Shown here one piece after another: positions 58,140 through 64,000 of a stretch of 64,000 nt of DNA. Source of the DNA: a bacterium. Lineage in GTDB: Bacteria; Electryoneota; RPQS01. Numbering within the stretch: the first letter of the stretch is position 1; every line of letters starts with the position of its first letter. A model generated the notes under the pieces. It was not told the DNA's origin. It saw only the letters and a list, made by a program, of their open reading frames with translations, and searched no databases. Where the stretch lies: positions 31,286-95,285 of the forward strand of contig JADKHW010000006.1 of the NCBI GenBank assembly GCA_016721565.1, given 5' to 3'. Made by a program: the position numbers and the translations under genes.

Positions 58140-58788
58140 ATGAACGACATGCGATTCTTACGTCAAAAAGATGTTGTCGATACCGAGAAGCTTGCGAACC
58201 TGCAAGTAACGTTGATCGGTCTGGGGAGCATTGGGAGCGTCACTGGTCTGTATCTTGCCAAGATGGGCGTGGTCAAATTGACCACCTTCGATTCAGACAT
58301 CGTCGATGTCCACAATGTCAGCAATCAGGCTTATGGGATGTCTGATGTTGGATTGCTGAAGACTGATGCATTTGCAACGCTTGTCGAGAACCAAACTGGA
58401 GTGCTTCCAAACACCGTAGGTCTACAGTATGATGGTCGACAGCTTTCCGGTGTCGTGATTTCTGCGTTGATTCCATGAGTCTCGTAAAACGATCTGGAAA
58501 TCTATACGAGAACAGCCAAGCGTCAGGTTGTATGTTGACGCACGCATGGGTCTTGAAACACTGGTTGTCCACGCAGTGAGACCACAACTCCTAATCGACA
58601 GACTGAAGTATTCACAATCAATTGTACCTGACGACCAAGCTCTGCAAGAACCATGCACGGCACGAACGATTTGTTACACGCCTTTGATGGCCGCGGTTGT
58701 TTGCAATCTTGTGAAACGGTTTATCAATCAGGAAGTACTGCCAAGCCAAGTCACTCTTGATCTTGCAACATTCACTTTGATGGCCTGA
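58140..58788 (+). CDS. E1-like (ThiF/MoeB-type) adenylyltransferase, interrupted by a +1 frameshift around 58470-58478
   Basis: Frame 0 (58140..58478): Rossmann VTLIGLGSIGSVTGLYLAKMGVVKLTTFDSDIVDVHNVSNQ (GxGxxG plus D...N.Q). Frame +1 opens at 58471 and continues to 58788 with ThiF-like C-terminal segments (YVDARMG..., EPCTARTICYTPLMAAVVCNLVKRFI). Confidence 0.65.
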
Positions 58789-58901
58789 GCGGAATTATCA
58801 GTGGAATCCCCGAAAAACTCGTGAAGTCATAAGACCGGCAAGCCACTGACCGTGATATAAAGGGATTTGTGAATAAGCGGATCCGCTGAGGCAGGTTACA
58901 A

Positions 58902-59306
58902 ATGGAATTCACGCCCACCGAAGAGGTGTCTGCCAAACTGACGCCTGCTGAGATAATTGTGCAAGACCAGCCAGGCCGGTTGCTTCTTCCTGCACATGAG
59001 CTTGTTGTGCCGGCAGCGCCCGTCACCTTTTGTCACGCAGCAAGGGATAACATCATGCCCACTTTTCAATTCACGACACACGAACGTTGGGATCATGTTG
59101 TAGAGTATTCTGTTAATGCGCCAACTCTCGAAACCGCTGTTCGAATGGCAGTGACGGGAAAAGTGACATATACCAGTGCAGAATATCAAGAGGGTAATCC
59201 AGTTCAAGAAGTTTTGTCCATTCTTGAGGTGATTAATCACGACAACAAAGAGGTAATCAACAATGAAAAGAAGCTGAAGAAACTGCTTGACAACTCCGTT
59301 GGCTGA
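58902..59306 (+). CDS. Hypothetical 134-aa protein (last gene of the Ubl operon block)
   Basis: ORF followed by a strong terminator. No recognisable motif. Confidence 0.4.
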   Translation: MEFTPTEEVSAKLTPAEIIVQDQPGRLLLPAHELVVPAAPVTFCHAARDNIMPTFQFTTHERWDHVVEYSVNAPTLETAVRMAVTGKVTYTSAEYQEGNPVQEVLSILEVINHDNKEVINNEKKLKKLLDNSVG

Positions 59307-59312
59307 TAATAC

Positions 59313-59338
59313 AAAGATAGGGGGGAACCCCTATCTTT
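59313..59338 (+). terminator. Rho-independent terminator
   Basis: AAGATAGGGG-GGAA-CCCCTATCTT-TT perfect 10-bp stem. Confidence 0.8.
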
Positions 59339-59624
59339 TAGCCTTTTCTGGACATATTTGTCGACTTTATAAGCCTCTATTGGTGGTTGCTATTGATAAA
59401 CATGGAAGAACGATGTAAATTAAGTATGGGCAAGTTAACCGACCTCAACTGATTGAATTACTGGCATTTGTTCATGACGCGACCCGAACTGACTGTAGAA
59501 GAATTTACGCACTACACAAAATGAAATCCTAACCATGAATCTCTTGACTAAGTCAAGTCGAAATCCTTTCTTGTTCTCAGGTCTTGTGAATCTGACGCGC
59601 ACACTTAGCTTGGAGACCACGAAT

Positions 59625-60887
59625 ATGACGCGAATTCTATCTGTATTCAATCTTTTGAAGCGGGTGGGGTTCGCGGTTTTGGTACTGGGGGTGACAAATG
59701 GGCACTCGCAATCATGGGAGCTCATGGATGAATTACCTGAACGTTCGGAAGTTGAGTGCATTACAATTGATGCCCAGACGGGAAGCATATTTGCAGGCAC
59801 GGCTCGAATTTTTGGTTTTCCGGAATGTGGAGGAATTTACAAGTATAATCAAATAGATGGAATTTGGGAATATAAGCAGTTTAGAGAAACAACAATAAGT
59901 AATATCCTCAGACTCCAGAATGACCATACATATATTTATGCATGCACAGAAGAGGGATTAGCACGGTCCAATGACGACGGTGAATCATGGCAGCTTTTTG
60001 ACGATCATCCGGGAAATTCTTCAAACATAGCTATGTCTCCCAACGATAGTACCCTATGGGCAGTTGGTCTTTCTCCTGTGGAGTCGACACGGCTCTATTT
60101 AGTTAGAGACGGCATTGAGTGGGAGCTTATTGATTCATCGCTTCCATGGACTGGTGGTCTCGGTTTTTCAAGTACGGATTCGACAATTCTCTACATGGCC
60201 ACAAACAACTTTTGCTATCGCCTCAATCTACAAACGAGAGTAAGGGAGCAGATTTTCCCATGGAATTTTTATGGCTACAGAACATTATACTTGTCACACG
60301 AAGAGCCTAATGTCTTTTTCTTAGAGCTTCATTCGATCTTCCGTTATGACGAAGAGACTTCCTTGTATGATTCGGTCTTCTTTCCAGCGGGCAGTGGACG
60401 TGCCAACAGATGGGCGATCTCTTCATCGGAAGAAATAACCGTCGCAGCCGATAGCATGCTACTTGAAATCAACAGCGATTTGACTTCTGTTGACATTCTT
60501 ACGCCGCCTGAACTCGGATTAGGCGGAAGTGCAATTGGGATCGATACTGTCACAGGCATACGGTATGTAGCAGTTGAAAACAGAATTTATGTCGAATTGC
60601 CAACGGCTGTCGACAATATAGGTCGGCCTGAAGAATTCCCTCTTTCTGTCTTCCCCAATCCCTTCAATTCGAGTATATCTATTTCCCTCCGCATTGCTCC
60701 ATATCAAAGAACGACTTTGTCATTATATGACATACTAGGCCGTGAAGTGGACGTCTTTCATCTCGGACGAATTAATCGCGAGACAATTCATTACACAGCT
60801 CCTTCATCATTAGCAAATGGCATCTATTTCATTCGAGTAGAGATTGGGGAGTGGCACGCGCTACAAAAGGTCATCTTGTTGAAGTGA
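59625..60887 (+). CDS. Secreted beta-propeller-like protein with T9SS C-terminal sorting domain (paralog family of 50480..52282)
   Basis: Signal peptide MTRILSVFNLLKRVGFAVLVLGV is nearly identical to that of the first T9SS protein. C-terminal FPNPFNSSISISL...GIYFIRV...KVILLK. The true start is 59625, not 59535. Confidence 0.75.
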   Translation: MTRILSVFNLLKRVGFAVLVLGVTNGHSQSWELMDELPERSEVECITIDAQTGSIFAGTARIFGFPECGGIYKYNQIDGIWEYKQFRETTISNILRLQNDHTYIYACTEEGLARSNDDGESWQLFDDHPGNSSNIAMSPNDSTLWAVGLSPVESTRLYLVRDGIEWELIDSSLPWTGGLGFSSTDSTILYMATNNFCYRLNLQTRVREQIFPWNFYGYRTLYLSHEEPNVFFLELHSIFRYDEETSLYDSVFFPAGSGRANRWAISSSEEITVAADSMLLEINSDLTSVDILTPPELGLGGSAIGIDTVTGIRYVAVENRIYVELPTAVDNIGRPEEFPLSVFPNPFNSSISISLRIAPYQRTTLSLYDILGREVDVFHLGRINRETIHYTAPSSLANGIYFIRVEIGEWHALQKVILLK

Positions 60888-60994
60888 CTTGCGGTGGGCT
60901 TGCCAATTGGTTGATTGATTTCTTAGGTTAACGATACTCTCTGTCAAGACGCGCAATTCAAATATCTGCACACCATTCGAACAGGAGGCTGCAA

Positions 60995-62437
60995 ATGCTA
61001 CCGCGCAAGTTCTGCACCATTTCTATTACCGCCGTTGTCTTTCTCTGTCTATTATGGTCTTTTGGATTCGTGATTGCAAGTACGAATGTCCAAAGTGGTG
61101 TTTGGAAGGGCATACCAGTTGAATTTAGGAAAGGGGAAGCGTTACTCGTCACAGAGGATGAAGAAATTTGGACTGATCTTACGACACTGCGCACCACATT
61201 GTCAGTCACGACGCCTGATTCGACAACAGGAGGTGGTTATTTTATGATTCAATTTCCTGAAACGTCTAATGTGCTAAACATTTGCACTCAGTTTGAATCT
61301 GCAAATGGCGTAATCGCATGCATTCCGAGTCTTCGTATGCGCAAAGCATCGAATGATGCACACTTTGAGTATCAATGGAACATGTACAATGATGGAAGTC
61401 TTTATGCGGAAACTGAAGGTCATGACATCATGTTGGATGAAGCGCATGCAATATCTCGAGGTAACAGTGATGTCAAACTTGTTATTATTGATTCGGGCGT
61501 GCCTTGGGATTTTGATCTTGATCAACCGACTCATCTTGACCTAAACAACGATAATTTCCCCGAACATATTACTCGGGCAACGGAATTCCCAGAGGGTTTC
61601 ATTAACCCCTCTGACGTAGAGGGGCATGGAACTCAGGTGGCCGGCATTGCACTTGGGGAGGCTGACAACAATTATGGAATTGCTGGGGTATGTCCAGAGT
61701 GCAATGGGGTAGTTTATAAAGTGTGGAATAGTGATGAATCAGACAATTTTCTTGCACCTACTATGATGGGGATGTGGCGAGCTGCAAATTTAGAAGGCGA
61801 AGGGGACGATTATGACGATCCAACGGTAATATTGGTACCTTCGACACTCTTTACTCAAGGAATTGAAGGTGATCTTGATGCCTTGCGAGCCCTTGAAAAC
61901 TTGCTCAAGGACCTCGTTTATAGAAATCATAACAATCAGTGGCCTGATTATTCGACAAGAAATCTCTTCATATTCCCAACAGGCAACGAGAATCTTCATT
62001 ATGTTCCATATCCGGCAAGATTTGCGAGTTATGATAGAATTGAGAGTGGGGTCATTTCCGTAGGCGCGACAAACATATTTGATAATCGGTGGTGGGTTAA
62101 TGACGGCATTGGTTCAAATTATTGGGGAAGTAACGTTACGTTGTCAGCTCCAGGCGGAGGTGCAACGGAACCAGGGTGCGAGCCCGGAATTCTATCCAGT
62201 GATATCGTTAGTAGTAGGCAACATTCATGCTATTGGGGACTGCTGCAAGGTCCACATTCCGATTTTCTTTCGAACAAAGGTACTTCTATTGCGGCTGCCC
62301 ATGTTGCGGGGTTGGCTGGCCTAGTGTGGTCACTGAGTCCTAACCTAACAAACTGGCAGGTCAAGAACTACATGGTTGCCGGAGTAGATGCCATTGCGGA
62401 TGAAATGGGCGAAGGACGCGAGGTTGGTGCAGGGTGA
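60995..62437 (+). CDS. Subtilisin-like serine protease (peptidase S8) with signal peptide; ends at an in-frame TGA inside a conserved motif
   Basis: Catalytic triad motifs D (IIDSGV), H (GHGTQVAGIA), S (GTSIAAAHVAGLAGLV). The stop interrupts the G-x-G-(x)-I-N-A subtilase motif (EVGAG*INAFK). Confidence 0.8.
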   Translation: MLPRKFCTISITAVVFLCLLWSFGFVIASTNVQSGVWKGIPVEFRKGEALLVTEDEEIWTDLTTLRTTLSVTTPDSTTGGGYFMIQFPETSNVLNICTQFESANGVIACIPSLRMRKASNDAHFEYQWNMYNDGSLYAETEGHDIMLDEAHAISRGNSDVKLVIIDSGVPWDFDLDQPTHLDLNNDNFPEHITRATEFPEGFINPSDVEGHGTQVAGIALGEADNNYGIAGVCPECNGVVYKVWNSDESDNFLAPTMMGMWRAANLEGEGDDYDDPTVILVPSTLFTQGIEGDLDALRALENLLKDLVYRNHNNQWPDYSTRNLFIFPTGNENLHYVPYPARFASYDRIESGVISVGATNIFDNRWWVNDGIGSNYWGSNVTLSAPGGGATEPGCEPGILSSDIVSSRQHSCYWGLLQGPHSDFLSNKGTSIAAAHVAGLAGLVWSLSPNLTNWQVKNYMVAGVDAIADEMGEGREVGAG

Positions 62438-64000
62438 ATCAATGCGTTCAAAACATTGCTGCGGGTCCCCGTAGAGAAAAGGCTCCAAAGGGATCTCACG
62501 ATCAGGAAGAGTCCCTATCAAGGCGATTCTCCATATCAGTTGGACCGCGGAGACCTTGTGGTCCCTCCATTAGTCACCTTAACGATTGAGGCTGGTGTCT
62601 CCATCAATTTGCATCTTTCAGCGATTAGAGTTGAGCCAGGCGGTCGACTAGTTATCCTTGGTGAAGAAGGAAACGAAGTTGTGCTTCGTGGTTATTACCA
62701 AGATCAAATTCACGAGGGTGAGAGTGGTTGGACTGGCATAATTGCAGACGATGCGTCGTTAAGCATAAGTCACTGTGTGATCGAACGCGCAGAAAATGGA
62801 ATCGTACTTGGTGGTTCAAGCAATTTGCGGATGGATAACTCTCGCATAGTTAGTTCATACACGAATGGCTTGCGAGTATTGTCTGGAAGCCGCGCCACAT
62901 TGACGGATTGTGACGTACTTTTCAGTGCTGGAAGTGGTATTGATGCCCGCAATGCAGCTTTGGTTTCTTTGGAGCGCTGTGAAATTTCACATAACAATAC
63001 CCAAGGACAGTTGTTCAGTGGCGGCATCTTTGCGTTTTTTACTAACCAGTTAATGATCGAATGCTGTGAAATCACTGATAATGTCGGCGCAGGTATATAC
63101 GGATGGTGGTCGAACATTAGACTCACCCCAACTTCTGGAAATCCTACAATTGGTGGCCCAGGATATAGCGATTTCTCGGGCAACTCGTATATAAACGGAC
63201 AGTGCTTATTCAGGAGCTGTAGCGTACAAATGGAAGGCGGAAGAAACCGCTTTGGTGCTCCTCCTGCAGCACCGGAAGGTTGGTATTACCTCGAATTTGC
63301 TGATCATCCCGCTGTCATTGAACCTGTTAACTTGAATGGCAATCACTGGAGTATTACAGAGCCTGGGGAGGAGAACTGGATACTTGACCACATCCTTGCA
63401 ACCTCCCTTGACATTGTTCAAGATGGATTTGACTATGAGACCTCCTGGGATCTCTGCGACAACTCGACAATGCCGACCCTTTCTGTTTGCGATTCAGTTT
63501 GGGATACGGCAATTTTCAAGTTAGCACAAGACAGTTTCGAAACTGCATCAGTTCAGTTCAAAAACGTTTTGACTTCGGGTGATCAATGCGTCTTAAAGCC
63601 ACTTTCGCCACGTGTGATTGTGTCAAGTGAAAAATCTGCAGGTACTACGTACGGCGATATTGTGGATTACCTAACAGCGCGTGAAGACACAACAACCGAT
63701 TACGCCCTCAAATTCTCCCTAGCGCAAGCATCGGCAGAAGCAAAAGGCTATGATGGCGAGTTCACAGAGGCGATTTCAGAACTTGACTCGCTTGCGACAG
63801 ATTCTTACACTTCAATTTCTGATTCTGTCTCTTGTCTTACTTCCATAGCTAGCCTCGAGTTCTTACAGGCCATGAGAACTTTAACAAGTGCGGAAAGTGT
63901 TATGATGGCTGTGGATACTTTACAGTCTGCTCTCGATAACCTAACGTCATTCTTGGTCGGCGACGAAGTTTTCGCGCCGACACTGGAGCTTACGCCGCCT
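62438..64000 (+). CDS. Right-handed parallel beta-helix repeat region (3' partial), in frame with and probably originally contiguous with the S8 protease
   Basis: Same frame as 60995..62437, with no stop through to the window end. Repeats such as NGIVLGGSSNLRMDNSRIVSSYTNGLRVLSGSRATLTDCDVLFSAGSGIDARNAALVSLERCEISHNNTQGQ. The opposite-strand ORFs here are low-complexity antisense artefacts. Confidence 0.6.
   Translation, partial: MNAFKTLLRVPVEKRLQRDLTIRKSPYQGDSPYQLDRGDLVVPPLVTLTIEAGVSINLHLSAIRVEPGGRLVILGEEGNEVVLRGYYQDQIHEGESGWTGIIADDASLSISHCVIERAENGIVLGGSSNLRMDNSRIVSSYTNGLRVLSGSRATLTDCDVLFSAGSGIDARNAALVSLERCEISHNNTQGQLFSGGIFAFFTNQLMIECCEITDNVGAGIYGWWSNIRLTPTSGNPTIGGPGYSDFSGNSYINGQCLFRSCSVQMEGGRNRFGAPPAAPEGWYYLEFADHPAVIEPVNLNGNHWSITEPGEENWILDHILATSLDIVQDGFDYETSWDLCDNSTMPTLSVCDSVWDTAIFKLAQDSFETASVQFKNVLTSGDQCVLKPLSPRVIVSSEKSAGTTYGDIVDYLTAREDTTTDYALKFSLAQASAEAKGYDGEFTEAISELDSLATDSYTSISDSVSCLTSIASLEFLQAMRTLTSAESVMMAVDTLQSALDNLTSFLVGDEVFAPTLELTPP

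Noticed and set aside
62435-62437. Genome-wide TGA recoding (code 4/25) or selenocysteine to explain the in-frame TGA
   Set aside because: TGA terminates fliM (791-793) and the E2 gene (57453-57455) at the expected protein ends. No SECIS-like stem-loop directly follows 62437. A local nonsense mutation or a sequencing error is more parsimonious.
62770-63421. Minus-strand ORFs 62770..63183 and 63206..63421
   Set aside because: They lie antisense to a continuous + strand frame encoding recognisable parallel beta-helix repeats. That + ORF is missing from the track only because it has no stop inside the window.

Overview
This is a bacterial chromosomal segment, roughly 50-55% GC by eye, with more AT-rich genes at the right end. 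Almost every gene is on the + strand. The window splits into nine blocks.
(1) 1-19 kb: a flagellar super-operon, fliM (5' partial)-fliN/Y-fliO-fliP-fliQ-[HDOD gene]-fliR-flhB-flhA-flhF-(no flhG)-fliA, followed by three unknown ORFs. After a sigma54 promoter come flgF-flgG-flgA-flgH-flgI-flgJ (rod-binding domain only)-flgN?-flgK-flgL.
(2) 19-31.6 kb: a flagellin glycosylation island. It holds gmd, GT4/GT2/GT9 multidomain glycosyltransferases, a CgeB-like enzyme and a DUF115-like gene.
(3) 31.6-39 kb: a sigma28-driven MerR-like gene, two paralogous 299-aa flagellins separated by an Asn-synthase-like amidotransferase, fliD, fliS and a sigma54-driven flgM.
(4) 39-44 kb: four receiver/PAS/histidine-kinase signalling genes.
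(5) 44-50 kb: PAP2 phosphatase, two minus-strand membrane/exported proteins, an LpxH-like metallophosphoesterase, PBP1A and a coiled-coil protein.
(6) 50.3-53.9 kb: a BNR-repeat T9SS cargo protein flanked by a hairpin repeat, a degenerate repeat/hairpin spacer, and an LptF/G-type permease on the minus strand.
(7) 54-59.3 kb: tRNA-Ser(UGA), a DHFR-like gene, then tRNA-Ser(GCU) followed by a decayed tyrosine integrase and a compact Ubl-E2-JAB-E1 operon. Gene order and motifs match Bil-type bacterial ubiquitin-like conjugation (antiphage) systems. This is the most interesting element in the window.
(8) 59.6-60.9 kb: a second T9SS cargo protein that shares a near-identical 63-bp signal-peptide repeat with the first.
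(9) 61-64 kb: an S8 subtilase whose reading frame continues through an in-frame TGA into a beta-helix repeat ORF that runs off the window.
Flagella plus T9SS C-terminal sorting domains suggest an FCB-group or candidate-phylum organism. The taxon cannot be fixed from sequence alone.
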